Source: Octopus vulgaris (taxonomy: Eukaryota). Taken from it: a stretch of 64,000 nucleotides of DNA. Positions within the stretch are counted from its first letter, which is position 1; the number at the start of each line of letters is the position of its first letter. The notes under the pieces were generated by a model. That model was given only the letters and a program-made list of their open reading frames with translations. It did not search any database and was not told where the DNA came from. The stretch covers positions 29,822,001-29,886,000 of the forward strand of contig OX597822.1 in the NCBI GenBank assembly GCA_951406725.2, written 5' to 3'. Both the position numbers and the translations under genes were made by a program. This document shows, one piece after another, positions 14,122 to 27,892 of the stretch.

Positions 14122-14462
14122 GCACACACATTCATCAGAATCGATCTCCATACTGAACCGATTATTTATCGAAACCGGAAAGAATGAAAGGTAAAGTTGA
14201 CCCTAGTTGGATTTAAACTGAAAGCACAAAGAACCAGATCGAAAACGGCAAATCATTGAATTATTCAATAAGTACACATTCAGGAAAAGCTTGGTTATGA
14301 GAACAGGAAATGAAGCCGTTCAAAATATAATGCAGATATGGACGAGATTAATGATCCGAGAAATTATTATCGGATTTACCGCAATAATTCCAGTTGGACA
14401 TTTTAGGTATTTAATGATTTATTTTGTAGTATATGACTGACAAGAAATATATAGTTACTTAC

Positions 14463-14635
14463 ATGTAAAGTGTCATCGTCTGACAGGTCAGGTATAAATT
14501 TGAGGATGAGACCCCTTGACATTTCGGAAGAGATGGTCCATTGACAAGAAAGTGAGTTAGGGTACTTTATATTTGCATAATAGCCAGGAGATACGATTTC
14601 ACCAGATAAAGCATTATTAATCATAACGTTGCAAC
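14463..14635 (-). CDS. uif: Exon: CUB3 N-terminal half (GCNVMINNALSGEIVSPGYY...YPNSLSCQWTI...)
   Basis: Acceptor gttctag and donor gtaagt; 173 nt, phase 1-0; SPGY..YP...C.W.I motif. Confidence 0.92.
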
Positions 14636-14694
14636 CTAGAACGGATAAAAAATACATTAATAACGAATACAATTAGTTGACGCAGTGAACACCC

Positions 14695-15080
14695 CTCTTT
14701 ACTCTTTTACTCTTTTACTTGTTTCAGTCATGTGACTGTGGCCATGCTGGAGCACCGCCTTTAGTCGAGCAAATCGCCCCAGGACTTATTCTTTGTAAGC
14801 CTAGTACTTATTCTATCGGTCTCTTTTGCCGAACCGCTAAGTTACGGGGACGTAAATACACCAGCATCGGTTGTCAAGCGATGCTGGGGGGGACAAACAC
14901 AGACACACATACATATACGACGGGCTTCTTTCAGTTTCCGTCTACCAAATCCACTCACAAGGCTTTGGTAGACCCGAGGCTATAGTAGAAGACACTTGCC
15001 CAAGGTGCCACGCAGTGGGACTGAACCCGGAACCATGTGGTTGATAAGCAAGCTACATACCACACAGCCACTCCTACGCC
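14695..15080 (-). mobile_element. tRNA-derived SINE family A, full length
   Basis: Head ggcg(c/t)aggagTGGCTGTGTGG..GGTTCAGTCCC (A/B boxes), internal microsatellite, (gtaaaaga)n tail. Confidence 0.88.
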
Positions 15081-16068
15081 TATCGCATAAATAAAATGCC
15101 TGTTTTATATTTGACTTTAACACATCAAACAAATAATAAAAGGGATTCTCAGATAAGTGGAAAATGTATTTAAAAGATTACAGAAACACATAATTATCAT
15201 TAGAATACTTGAAATTAAAAGTTTTCGGGCATCAAGATGGTTTGATTCTGGTAATTCTAATGAACATTTAGAAAGCTTTATTGGGCAAATTTTTGAATTG
15301 TAGCGCCAATTAATCAGCATCACATGAGGAGTAGCCATTGACATGTCGTAATTGTTCTGTTGTAAACAAGAGCACTCAGACAGCGCAAACCTCCGCCAGG
15401 GCAACACCAACGTCCCCTCAACGCTTAGACGGATAAGGTTTTTTTAAAATGCATCTCAAATCAACTGCCAGATGTATCTTGAAACTAAATTAAATCACAC
15501 ACACACAGACAGACATACACACGCGCGCACACTTACGCACACATACACACACAAACGCTTGTAAGGAACTTGAATAATGAATAATCAACATCGGTTAGAC
15601 AGAAAAACGTTTGTTCTTAAATGAATTAATATTACCTTTCTGAAATTCAAAATTATATGGCTGATAGTAATAAACATTTATTCAACCATAATCAAAAACG
15701 CAAATCAAATGACACTCAAACATTTTAGTGAACCGCAAAGGTGAGTTGCCGTTTATGATTTGAACTCTGTTGAGCTCTATCAGCATGAAACCTTGGGTGA
15801 CTGAAAGGTAACATAAGTTCTATTTAAAAGTATTATATATTTCTTTTACTTTTCTTTTATTCTTTTACTTATTTCATTCAGTTGACTGCGGCCATGCTGG
15901 AGCACCGCCTTTAGTCCGACAAATCGAGCTCAGGATTTATTCTTTGTAAGTGTAGTACTTATTCTATCGTTTTCTTTGGCCGAAACGCAAAGTTACGGGG
16001 ACGTAAATGCACTAACATCAGTTGTCAAGCGATGACGGTGGAGACAAATACAAACAGACACAAATACA

Positions 16069-16111
<43 letters not shown>

Positions 16112-16530
16112 CGGGTTCTTTATAGGATAAAGGACGAAGGATAAAGATCCATCCTATGTCATAAAGACTCATAGCGCCGATTTCCCGATTTTCGTGGTGC
16201 ATATATACCCCACTAGACGGGACGCTGATCCGTTGCATTTTGGTATTTTGGCATAACACTATTTTGGCAGCTGATTGAACTGGAAGAACGTGAAAGGAAG
16301 TGTTTTGCACAAGAACACAGCACGTTGCCTGGTCCAAGAATCGAAACTACAACCTTACGATCATGAGTCCAACAGCATAGCGCGAGAGAGGGAGAAAGAG
16401 AGAGAAAACAGGTTGACTGTGACTTCGTCATCAGGCTTGCAACAATAAATGTGGTACTCGACAGTTTTTATACACAAATTTGCATATAAACAACAAACAT
16501 TAACACACACTCACGCACAAATACATACTC

Positions 16531-16917
16531 TCTCTTTTACTCTTTTACTTGTTTCAGTCATTTGACTGCGGCCATGCTGGAGCACCGCCTTTAGTCGAGC
16601 AAATCGACCCCGGGACTTATTCTTTGTAAGCCCAGTACTTATTCTATCGGACGTTTTTGCCGAACCGCTAAGTGACGGGGACGTAAACACACCAGCATCG
16701 GTTGTCAAACAATGCTAGGGGGACAAACACAGACACACATATATATATACATATATACGACAGGCTTCTTTCAGTTTCCGTCTACCAAATCCATTCACAA
16801 GGCATTGGTCGGCCCGGGGCTATAGCAGAAGACACTTGCCCAAGATGCCACGCAGTGGGACTGAACCCGGAACCATGTGGTTGGTTAGCAAGCTACTTAC
16901 CACACAGCTACTCCTGT
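16531..16917 (-). mobile_element. SINE family A
   Basis: Near-identical to 53672-54081. Confidence 0.88.
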
Positions 16918-16975
16918 ACATGTACACACACGCATACGTATATAGATATATAGATTGTTATGTACTGTGTCTTAC

Positions 16976-17183
16976 CTTGTTTGTATAAAAACTTTATGTT
17001 GACATTTGAATCAAATCCCCGTGTTTTTAAAAGGATGTGCATTTTTTGTCCAGTCGACATGATTGTATCAGGTCCATCAGTGCCAAAGTCAGTGAGTTTG
17101 TATTGACCAATAATAGGAGATTCAACACTATCTCCGTCATACACAATAACTTCGTCTTTGTCGGAAAGTACCATGTCTTGTTT
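16976..17183 (-). CDS. uif: Exon: CUB2 C-terminal half (KQDMVLSDKDEVIVYDGDS...IMSTGQKMHILL...FLYKQ)
   Basis: Acceptor gtcacag and donor gtaaga; 208 nt, phase 0-1; D.V.VYDG and STG motifs. Confidence 0.9.
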
Positions 17184-17628
17184 CTGTGACAATATAAAAG
17201 CAATTTGATTCAAAACAACAGCATATTTGATAGTTATAGAGAATATAGTATCAAACGAGAAATGAAGAAAGTGAAATGCTGTCGGGATTAATGAAGATTA
17301 ATAGTGAGACAAACATAAAAAGGAAATAACTTGAGGGAGATTTTGTCGACTAATTACAAGGATAATCACACTTAAGTGAAGTTTGGTATGCAGAATCTTC
17401 TCTATGTTGTTTTCCCATCAGTCCTATTATTCGTAACTAATGTTATTACCTTCATTCTATTTCTCAAATAGACAGAAACAGGCCCCACCTTCAAATGTTA
17501 GTGAAATTTCCGACTCCACCCCAACAGCTTTATTAATGAGAATAAAAAAGATTTTGTGACCAAATAATCCTTATTTCTTCAGTATGGTGTTGAAAAATTC
17601 ACAAAAGTTGAAAGCCATTTTGATTATA

Positions 17629-18159
17629 TTGGGTTTACAGGAAAGTTCGTGCCGATTTATAGTAGCTTACATTTCAACTTATTTTAGAACATGGCTGAGT
17701 CCGTAAAATAGGATTTGACTACACCTCCGTTTAGAGCATAGTTTAAGCTATCTTTTCGTGGAAGCTTTATGTTCCTATAACCTGTATTAAGTATGTGACC
17801 ATTTAAAATGGAAGATAAGAAAGTTCATTTTCGGCACTTGAAACTTTGGGAACCAGACAAAAATTGCTGCAGCTCGGCTGGGATGTGTTACCCAACCTTC
17901 CATATTCACCAGATATTGCTCCTTCAGATTTCCAGTTATTCAGGTCTCTGCAGAATAGTCTTAGTGGTAAAAATTTCAATTCCTTGGATGACGTAAAAAG
18001 ATACCTTGATGAATTCTTTGCCATGAAACCACCTCAATTCTGGGAAGAGGGTATTTTCAAGTTAAAGGGAAGATGGAGATGCACTGTGCAACAAAACGGT
18101 TCATATTTGGATGATTAAAACTGTAATTGCAAGTATTTATTGACCTTTTTCTTTCCCTT
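17629..18159 (+). mobile_element. Second copy of the same deleted mariner, right TIR missing
   Basis: Left TIR, same deletion junction, YSPDIAPSDF motif (ORF 17846-18118). Confidence 0.9.
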
Positions 18160-18800
18160 ATATAGACAGTTTTTCTGCTTTTTTTTCTAGTTTCCTCAGG
18201 CTTTCGCCTACGAGAAACGATAAATTACTGGGGTGAGTAAGCTTTTCTGAAGAAATCGAATAAAATGAAATGGGATGAAAAGTACTATTGACGAAATGTT
18301 GATACGTTAGCCGTATCTTCTATGATATACAAACAAGCTTATTGTAACTGAACTAGTAAAGGAAAAGACCATCGTACATCGAAACATCTCTGTTGTTTCA
18401 TCAGTTTGTTTTAAAAATTTTTTAATAAATTCCACTTGTTTAACATGGCTGGAATAATTTCCTTTGCCTGTGTTTTTTTTAATTCTAAACGTCCCTTGAG
18501 GGTGGTTTCCTTTCCTAATTGTTAATATAATCTCAGCGATTCGAATTTTTTTTAAACCACCATGTTAGATATGTGAAACTTTATTATTTACCGAGTAAAA
18601 AAAATGAAAGCAAAGTAAATAAAAACAATGAAAAAATATAAAAGGAAAATAAAACAATAACATGGTTGTGTTTTGAGAACGATCAGGAAAAGTAGAAAGT
18701 AGATATAAAATCACAAATTTGCAAGCAATATTCTCAAACGAAATTGTACTCCAGAAAATTTCGTGCACACTGGGTAAGAAAAATAAGGTACATAACTCAC

Positions 18801-18937
18801 TATTAAGGTGACTATTTCTCTTCTATCTTTTGTTGTTATTGTCCATGTGTTATGTAGAAGATTCGCATTATCACTGAAGCTGAGTATTTGTTCATTTTCA
18901 GTGGCCGTTAACATAGAGTGTGAGTGAGCAGTGGAAA
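18801..18937 (-). CDS. uif: Exon: divergent CUB2 N-terminal half (VSTAHSHSMLTATENEQILSF...WTITTKDRREIVTLI)
   Basis: Acceptor aatttttag and donor gtgagt; 137 nt, phase 1-0, which bridges its neighbours exactly. W.I motif kept, Cys absent. Confidence 0.82.
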
Positions 18938-19525
18938 CTAAAAATTAAAATAAAAGATCGGAAGAAAACAAAACTCACTGTAATATGTATATTCTTTAAA
19001 TAAATAAACAACCACCGTTTCAATGTCAAAATTTCGTCTGACGTCTTCTGATTACGCTGAGAATCGATAGACATCCTTAAGGCATTATAATAATTGATTC
19101 TGACAGGTACAAGGCGAATAATTTTCACCTTGTACCTCAATTTTTTGGGAAAGGAGTTACTTGCTTGGTACTTAATTTTATCGATCCCGAAGGGAATGGA
19201 AGGCAAAATCGTCCTTGGTGGTATTTGATCTCAGAATGTAAATAACAAAAAGAAATAACTCTACTAGCTCGCCGATGTAAGGCATAAAAGGCAAAAGTAT
19301 CGAGAAAAGCGGCGAACTGGCAGAATCGTTACCACATCTGGAAAATGCTTAGCGGTGTTTCCCACGTCTTTACGTTCTGAGTTCAAATTCCAGCCAGACT
19401 TACTTTGCTTTTAATCCTTACCGGATCAATAAAATAAGTTCCAGTTGAACACTGGGAACGATGTAATCAACTTAGCCCCACCCCACTAACGTGTTAGTCT
19501 TGTGCCAACATTTGAAACGAATTAT

Positions 19526-19836
19526 GCTGTTGTTGTTGTTTGTTCCTTCTCGAGCCACGCCTGGCTCATAAGGGCCGGTTTACTGGTTTCCTTGGCGTAT
19601 AGGTTCCCCACCTGGACGGGACGACGGTCCGTCGCAGGTGAGCTGCAAGATGCAGGAGGAAAGAGTGAGAGAAAGTTGTGGCGAAAGAGTCAGAAGAAGT
19701 TCGCCATTACCTTCTGCCGGAGCCGCGTGGAGCTTAGGTGTTTCGCTCAACACACACATGGCCCGGTCTGAGATTCGAACCCGCGATCCCTCGACCGCGA
19801 GTCCGCTGCTCTAACCACTAGGCCATGTGCCTCCAC
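19526..19836 (-). mobile_element. SINE head B plus tail c with (caa)n end
   Basis: Perfect 12-bp TSD gaaacgaattat; sister copy at 24623-24884 (+). Confidence 0.88.
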
Positions 19837-19952
19837 GAAACGAATTATAGTAAGGAGAAAGGTGACAATGACGATGTTGCTGATGATGGTATGAACCAAA
19901 ACTTATAAATACGATTTCAAGAGATTCAGTATGGTTAGACCAAATACTTTAC

Positions 19953-20160
19953 CAGCAGTCCAAGTTGCAGAAAACCCTTTCATTGTGTCACTGAGGTCAC
20001 TTGTGAATTTGAGAAGCATTTTGTTGTTGTAGCTTAAATATTCAGTATTTGTAGGTATGTTTCCTGAGAGTTTAGCTAACAAAATGGAATATGTTTCGCT
20101 ATCACCTCCAGCGAATATTTCAACAACATCTGTACAATTTTCAGTAAGAAATTCGGTAAA
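19953..20160 (-). CDS. uif: Exon: CUB1 C-terminal half (FTEFLTENCTDVVEIFAGG...LKFTSDLSDTMKGFSATWTA)
   Basis: Acceptor atttacag and donor gtaaag; 208 nt, phase 0-1; FTSD....GF motif. Confidence 0.93.
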
Positions 20161-20854
20161 CTGTAAATACAAATCAACAAATGATTAAATAAATAGAAGA
20201 TAAAGTAAACAAAAATACATAATAGCAAAATGTATAGGGAAGTAAAGCAAGTTTAGACCTTTTCTTAGCCTATTTCTGATAAAATACTTCACTTTTGTCA
20301 ATTAATTTCGAAAAAAATAAAGGATTTAGTAAAGATAACGTCGCCATTATTGAGCTGATGTTTAGATTATAAATTAGCATGGAATTTTGATGGATGCTTT
20401 TTACAAGATAATATTTCAACTGGGAGTTTGTATCAAAATTGTATCATAAAATCAGAGGCGATATCAAGCAACATAATATCAAAGTGCTAAGAGAAACAAA
20501 AAATGATATGTCCGTAAATCAGATATAGTTTTCTCTGGTCTTATTCATTATAATCCCATTCTTCGCAATCGTTATTATTTATGATGATTTACGATCTATT
20601 TTATTGAATTTGGGGAATAAGTACTAATGAGTTCAGACGATATCCTCGTTTAGGGTATCATATCAAGGTCCTTCAATCCCTATCTGTTTTACCAAGGCCT
20701 TTCATTTTTTTTAAAGATAGAAAACATTTCCTTTCCATGATTAAGAGGTAAAGATTAATGTTTTTGGACAGAGCTCTTTATCTGAGGGGTCCAGAGAACG
20801 TTAGACATCTTCATGATTTCAAAATTATGTATTCTAAGAGCGCTTTATTTTTTA

Positions 20855-21062
20855 TCTTTTACATATTTCCCTCATTACAATGCGCCCATGTTGGGGCAAC
20901 ACCTTGAATTTTTAGTCGAATTTATCGACCCCAGTACTTATTGTGTTTTTAAATTTGGTACTTATTCTATCAGTCTCTTACCGAACTGCTAAATTACGTG
21001 GACGTAAACGCAGCAACTCCTGTTGTCAAACAGTAGTGGAGGACAAACACATACACAAAGAT

Positions 21063-21156
<94 letters not shown>

Positions 21157-21308
21157 CGGGATTTCAATTTTTGTCTAATAAATCCACTCACAAGGCTTTG
21201 CTCGGTCGGCGGCTACAGCAGAAGACACTTGTCCAAGGTGCTACGCAGTGGGACTGAACTCGGAACCATGTGGTTGGGAAGCAAACTTCCTACCAGACAG
21301 TCACACAT
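20855..21308 (-). mobile_element. SINE family A, diverged, with expanded (CA)n
   Basis: Same head and tail modules as other family A copies. Confidence 0.75.
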
Positions 21309-21709
21309 GCATATTAAGTATGCCTTACCTACTTAATATACCCCCACAAAGACCTAACATGTTTTCTCGGTTTCAACTGTTTCTCTCTTTAGGTTATTGT
21401 TAAGTCCTTTATGTTGACAGTATCTTCCCATGCACCTAGATTTAACATCGCCTTCTTTTTATCTCTGCTTATCTTCCCAATCGTTTTTCATATTTCAAAT
21501 TTTGGTTCTACCTCCGGAATAAATAACGTTCAACAACAACTTAATAAAAAGCAACGCCAATAATTTCCATTCATTTTTGTCTTGTTCGGGTTTAAAATAG
21601 TTTCAATTTGGTATTTGGCCGTTATTTGTTTTAAATGACTTTAGACAGCTTTAACGTAGAGTTAACCTCAACTTAATATGTGTGATGCATAATATTAAAA
21701 TAATCTTAC

Positions 21710-21843
21710 TGTCAACTTGACGTAATTGCCAACATCTGCTTCTATTCTCCACATACAGAAAGCGCCATTGTCGTAATCACCCGGGAAGTTTTTAGTTTTA
21801 ATTAATCCGCTTAATCCAGAGCTATAATACTGACATTGTTGGT
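21710..21843 (-). CDS. uif: Exon: CUB1 N-terminal half (DQQCQYYSSGLSGLIKTKNFPGDYDNGAFCMWRIEADVGNYVKLT)
   Basis: Acceptor cattttag and donor gtaaga; 134 nt, phase 1-0. Not in the ORF track. Confidence 0.92.
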
Positions 21844-22845
21844 CTAAAATGGAAAGAAAGAAATGATTAATAATGTAAAATTCATAGTTGATACATTTTC
21901 TGGAAGAGAAGACAACTGAGTTATAGAATCATTGAAAACATCTTCAAACCAACAAATCCACCGTTCTGCTAATGTCTCTTTCGTTATCCACAAATAATGC
22001 GCCCCAAATCTTTCCCCAATCCTCATCTTTGTACAGGGCTAACTGCTGATCTTATAACAAAGGACAAGCCACGCTGTCTGTGAGGATTTCTACTACCGAA
22101 CTTATACCTTCAATATGGCCAGAACTGTGAAGCAAAGAATGGCCTCACCTTTCAGGGTTTGAAGATACTTATCCGTAACAAATATCATTTCTACTACAAA
22201 TCTCAAGTGAAATCCATAATGAAATACTTGCCCCACAGACGTGCAGTTTCATAGAACAACAAATTACATAACTAAGGCACATATAAAATCAGGTGGGGTA
22301 ATATGTCTCTCTATGCCACCCAGCACCATCTGTTTCATGCTTTCAGTTGTTTTGTGAATTTGCCTAGTTCGCCACCTTCTAACTATGAGCTGGTGAACGT
22401 ACTATTTAGGTAACTGTGAAGAAAATGACACAGAACGCAATGGCTTTGCATCGATAGGGTTTGTATAGATACTATCACATAACCCCGCACAATTATTAAA
22501 CAAACAATTCGAAGCTTTCTCTATGTGTATCCATAATTTTTAAGGTCATTCAAATTGTATCACAGGTCTAATTGCAATGAAACAATTATCTCTGATTCTT
22601 ACTAATATATTGTTTAGACATCATATGAACTCACTTAATTAAATTAGCACATCTGCAGTATCATCGTATCCTCTTATTTATTTTATAGATTTTTATTCTT
22701 TCTATTAATTCATATTTAACGCATCCCACCTAGATTATAATTAATCGAATATTCATTCAGTTACAACGCTCTCGTCATTAATTGAACACCATTAGGCCTT
22801 CTATTCTCGCACTTTGGAGTTATACACACAGTAATAACATACTTT

Positions 22846-23035
22846 TATTTGACAGCGGCCATACTGGAGCACTTCCTTGAAGGGTTTTAGTCGAACAAAT
22901 CGACCCCAGGACTTACTTTTTGAAGCCAAATACTTGTTCTAACAGTCTTTTTGTCGATCCGCTAAGTTACGGAAACATAAACAGACTAGCAACGGTTGTC
23001 AAGCGGTGATGAGGTCACAAACACAGACACAAAGA

Positions 23036-23079
<44 letters not shown>

Positions 23080-23236
23080 CAGAACGGTCTTCTTTCAGTT
23101 TGCATGTACCATATCCACTCACAAAGTTTTGATTGGCCCGAGGGTATAGCAGAAGACACTTGCCTAAGATCCTACGCAGAGGTACTGAACCCGGAACCAT
23201 GTGGTTGGGAAGCAAACTTCTTGCTACACAGCCACA
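22846..23236 (-). mobile_element. SINE family A
   Basis: Same head and tail modules as other family A copies. Confidence 0.8.
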
Positions 23237-23634
23237 TGTATATATATATTAGTTTAACTTTCTAGATCTTTTCACTAATTCATTCATGATATCTAGCTTC
23301 CATTGTGCATTATCACAATTTTTTCTTCATCCCTGGGCTTTATAATTTCACTATATTTAACGTCTTTTACTAATTTTTGATTTGTCTGTCATCTTTGAAT
23401 TTTATTTTTATTCATCGATTCCCAACGTGCATACACCTTCATTAACATTACCAATCTTTTAATTTTAATTAATGTTATGGGCATCTAACTTTCTTGGAAT
23501 ATATATATTATACTAATTATCTTTTTTTAATAATTTTGATATATATTTAAAATAATATAAATTAATTAATCTTATGTATTGGCTTAAGTTTTTCATTGTA
23601 TGATTTGCCTAATAGTGGTTTTATCTCTAATTTG

Positions 23635-23686
<52 letters not shown>

Positions 23687-24005
23687 GATGCATCGTTGTT
23701 ACATATTGTGTCACGCTGGTTCTGTTTGAGATTTGTCTTTGGAATCCTCAGCTAATTACTGGTTATTTTAACGAGGAAGTAGTTCAGTTGACTGGAAAAA
23801 AGCCCCTGAAAGCTTCCATCGTCAACACTGTATGTATTTGAATATGCGCATGTATTTACATATGTAGGTATCCCTAGTGTATGTAAGCATATATGCGCGT
23901 AGATAAGGTCTTGGTTTAATCCTCATAAATAAATAAATAAATAAATAAGGAAATAAATAAGGAAATGTAAAAACAAGAAATATCTAGTCTGAATATTTAA
24001 CTCAC

Positions 24006-24101
24006 CACAACTGACTTCATCTGTACTGTCCCCGCAGTCGTCAGTTCCGTCACAGAGCAATTGTTTGCTTATACACCGTCCATTGTTGCATCTAAACGTA
24101 T
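24006..24101 (-). CDS. uif: Exon: LDL-receptor class A domain ([32 protein letters not shown])
   Basis: Acceptor ttcaacag and donor gtgagt; 96 nt, phase 1-1; CDG..DC.D..DE motif. Not in the ORF track. Confidence 0.95.
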
Positions 24102-24622
24102 CTGTTGAAACAGAAATAGAAATATTATTACGATTGCAATCATTTCAGACTATATACAAGGCGCAGAAGTGCCTATGTGATAAGGAGTTTGCTTCCAAAT
24201 CGCATGGGCCCCGGGTTCAATCCCAATGCGTGGCACCTTAAATACAATTATGAGATCCATAAACTATTAAAATGTAAATCACACCGACACATTAACAACC
24301 ACAAAAGTAGTAATATTGAATACACATCATCACACACACTGAACAAGATAAAAAATATAAATATATATACTCACAATACAAATAAAAATATAAAAATATA
24401 TACATTCATAGAAAAAATTACCATTCACATAATACACATAAAATTATTCATAAAAATTCATTTAAAAAATACACTTAAGAATGCACACACAACTCAAAAT
24501 ACACCCACACAGCTTTGCATACTTCATTGGATGGCCGTTGACCCTTCTCAGTTCTTCCGCCCTTTGACGGGTCTTGTATTTTATCCCGCAGGGTGTCCAA
24601 CATTCACCATCCTCACCAAGTA

Positions 24623-24884
24623 GTGGAGGCACATGGCCTAGTAGTTAGAGCAGGATGTGTGTGTTTATGAGCGAAACATCTAAGCTCCGCGCGGCTCCGG
24701 CAGAAGGTAATGGCGAACTTCTGCTGACTCTTTCACCACAACTTTCTCTCACTCTTTCCTCCTGCATCTTGCAGCTCACTTGCGACGGACCGTCGTCCCG
24801 TCCAGGTGGGGAACCTATACACCAAGGAAACCATGAAGCCGGCCCTTATGAGCCAGTTGTGGCTGGAGAAGGAACAAACAACAA
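24623..24884 (+). mobile_element. SINE head B plus tail c, internal deletion
   Basis: Homologous to 19526-19836. Confidence 0.8.
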
Positions 24885-25589
24885 TGTGGAATTGTTACAT
24901 CGTTATGTTTTACAAAGTTGTTGATACATGGTATCACTGATTCCAGCAAGAGTTTTGTAACTGTGAGTGCATCATGTCCATATCTTTACAATGTCAACAT
25001 TTGAATTGTGGAACTTGTCAAGATAATATATGAACACTCTGTATATTTTTAACGCGCAGCCAGCTCTGACATGATTTCTTAGAATTTTCTAGCTGCAGTT
25101 TCTTGTTTTAAGAATCTTAGGAAACTTCAATTAAATTGACCTCAGTTTTTGACAGGTGGTTTGTTTTATCAACTCATATAGGATGTAAAATAAAGTTGAT
25201 ATTCGCGGTAAATGTATGGGTAAGAGATGAAATAGAATACAGCCTATATAATTCATCTGTAAAGAGATATATCAAGCTCGACCATGTATAAGTCCCGATA
25301 ATAATAGTAACAAGACAGTAAAATAAAAACTATGACAATAAAGACAGGATCTATAGTATATTAAATGGATTCGGATATTTTATCGTGATGCACTACCGTG
25401 ACAAATGAAATCAATCAGGCCTTTTCCATGAGAATGTAGGCAGACACGTTTGTGTACGAGTTTTAAATGAGTCACTGACGTAACTGTGATACTGACATGT
25501 ATTGTGTTGCAGTATTCATGAATGGTACATGAGAGTTTGCTAAAAATGTTTCTTTATGTCAAACAAAAGCAATGGTGTGACACACATTC

Positions 25590-25781
<192 letters not shown>

Positions 25782-26071
25782 CCGCACTAATAGCTTAGGG
25801 GTGAAAACTGATGCTCAGATGGGCTATTTTCATTCAAATGCTATTAGCGTGGTTCACCCAAAGACTAAAGAATCTGAAATAAAAAAGAAAGGCCATTACA
25901 CAGAATAATGAAAACATAATAATGGTGTTGCCATAGTGTGCAAACCAGCAGGGAAAAGTGTTATCAAAATCGATTCAAAGAAAACCGAGAAATCCTAAAT
26001 TGCGTTGCTAATTTATTGGCGTGGTTCTGTGTGTATGTGTGTGCGTATATATATATATATATATATATGTA

Positions 26072-26129
<58 letters not shown>

Positions 26130-26159
26130 GTAATATGTATATATATGTATGTATGTATG

Positions 26160-26207
<48 letters not shown>

Positions 26208-26269
26208 GATACACACACACACATACACATATATGTAAATTACTAACTTATCGGCCCACACCATGACTA

Positions 26270-26735
26270 ACTCAATACCACCATCTGGAAAAGTCTTAGT
26301 TAATTATTTCGGGACACCATGGACCACTCATGCAGAAAGTTGTTGCTAGTCGAGACGTATCCAGATGTACGTGGTTTATCCGGAATTTACTGGAGGAATT
26401 TTCCAGGTACCATTCGAAAGTTGTGGGATCTTTTCCTACTCTAATTTCTTTCGGGATTACACCGAAAAGTCCAGGTCCATTTGCAGTGAAAAAATTGTGT
26501 CGCAATGTTCTTATGTGATTTGATCTCGACATTTGTAGGGTACGCATTGGCCGAGGGTCTAGTCTTGGGTGAATTCTAAACATAATACCGATATGATTTG
26601 GATAATACTGGTGGAATATTTTCCACATGGTGCAAATAATATATCGCTCAAGGCGGTGTGGCAGAGAATAGAGCTTCAGTTGTTTAAGCCGAGCCCAATA
26701 ATCAAATCTCATCATTCTATTTATTTTCTTTTGTG
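26270..26735 (-). mobile_element. CR1-like LINE 3' fragment
   Basis: DYWARLKQLKLYSL..RLERY..WKI...R.NFF...GP.LF..IP, typical of the post-RT region of CR1/L2. Confidence 0.7.
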
Positions 26736-26952
26736 ATTGATTTATATATATATACATTCGTAAAACAAAGGAGACCAGTACGTGTCTGAGACTAAATAGC
26801 TTGTAGTTTTTAAGTGGTTATTTACAGATATGCACTTTAAGTATGCCAAGAAATAAATCAAAACGTGAAACAAAGACTACAACAAAAGAGTAAAGAAATC
26901 CAGATACAAATTAAGACAAAAATACGGAAAATAGTTGGAATTAATAACAAAC

Positions 26953-27171
26953 CTTTTGAACAGGCTGTCATTTCACAGGCGAAGACCTTAGCTAGGTCAC
27001 ATTTAGCAAACGACCACTTGTAGCTTTGTCCGAGTTGGCTAACTGCACTACATTTTCCTTCCTGCACATTGGGTTGGTAGTTGTTCCAGAAACCAGTCTG
27101 GGTATTGCTAAGAGAATCCTTTCCCCAATACGCCGTTTCATTTGAGTGGGTGGCGCCTAAACGATTGAATC
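26953..27171 (-). CDS. uif: Exon: C-type lectin C-terminal part (GFNRLG...GFWNNYQPNVQEGKC...WSFAKCDLAKVFACEMTACSK)
   Basis: Acceptor atttcag and donor gtttgt; 219 nt, phase 1-1; W...QPN...C...W...C.......CE pattern. Confidence 0.9.
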
Positions 27172-27524
27172 CTGAAATATAAATATGATTTGTTGTTTTA
27201 GATAACGAAAATTAATGCTATACTCATACATACATACATACATACATACATACATACATACGTACATACATACATACATACATACATACATACATACACA
27301 CACACATACATACATACATACATACATACATACATACATACATACATACATACATACATACATACATACATAGGGATATGTAACACACTACCTAAATACC
27401 AATCTTGAGAAATTAGACTCCTCAAAACCAGAAAGGAAAAGATAATTAGAAAACTACAGATCTAAGCAACCACTGGAATTGTAAAAATCTGTAGAACTTT
27501 CCAGAATAACGTACAAGCACACAT

Positions 27525-27588
<64 letters not shown>

Positions 27589-27892
27589 ACATACATATGT
27601 ATACACACTCACATCCTACACACACAGGCTACAAACCACATAGTAAACCAATACAGATGGGTGTAACGTGTAATCCCATGCAGTTGAAATCGAGTAAATC
27701 GAATTAGCAGTGATAATTTCATTAGGAGTAATAATTTTATGGATATCAATTGGTAAAATATATTCATGTCATACCTCCTGACTTTATATTATATTATATT
27801 CTACATACATCATTCATACATACATACATACGTACATACATACATACATACATACATACATACATACATACATACATACATACATACATAAC

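Noticed and set aside
17846-18118. SETMAR-like host gene
   Set aside because: Only a deleted transposase C-terminus behind a TIR, with no SET domain.
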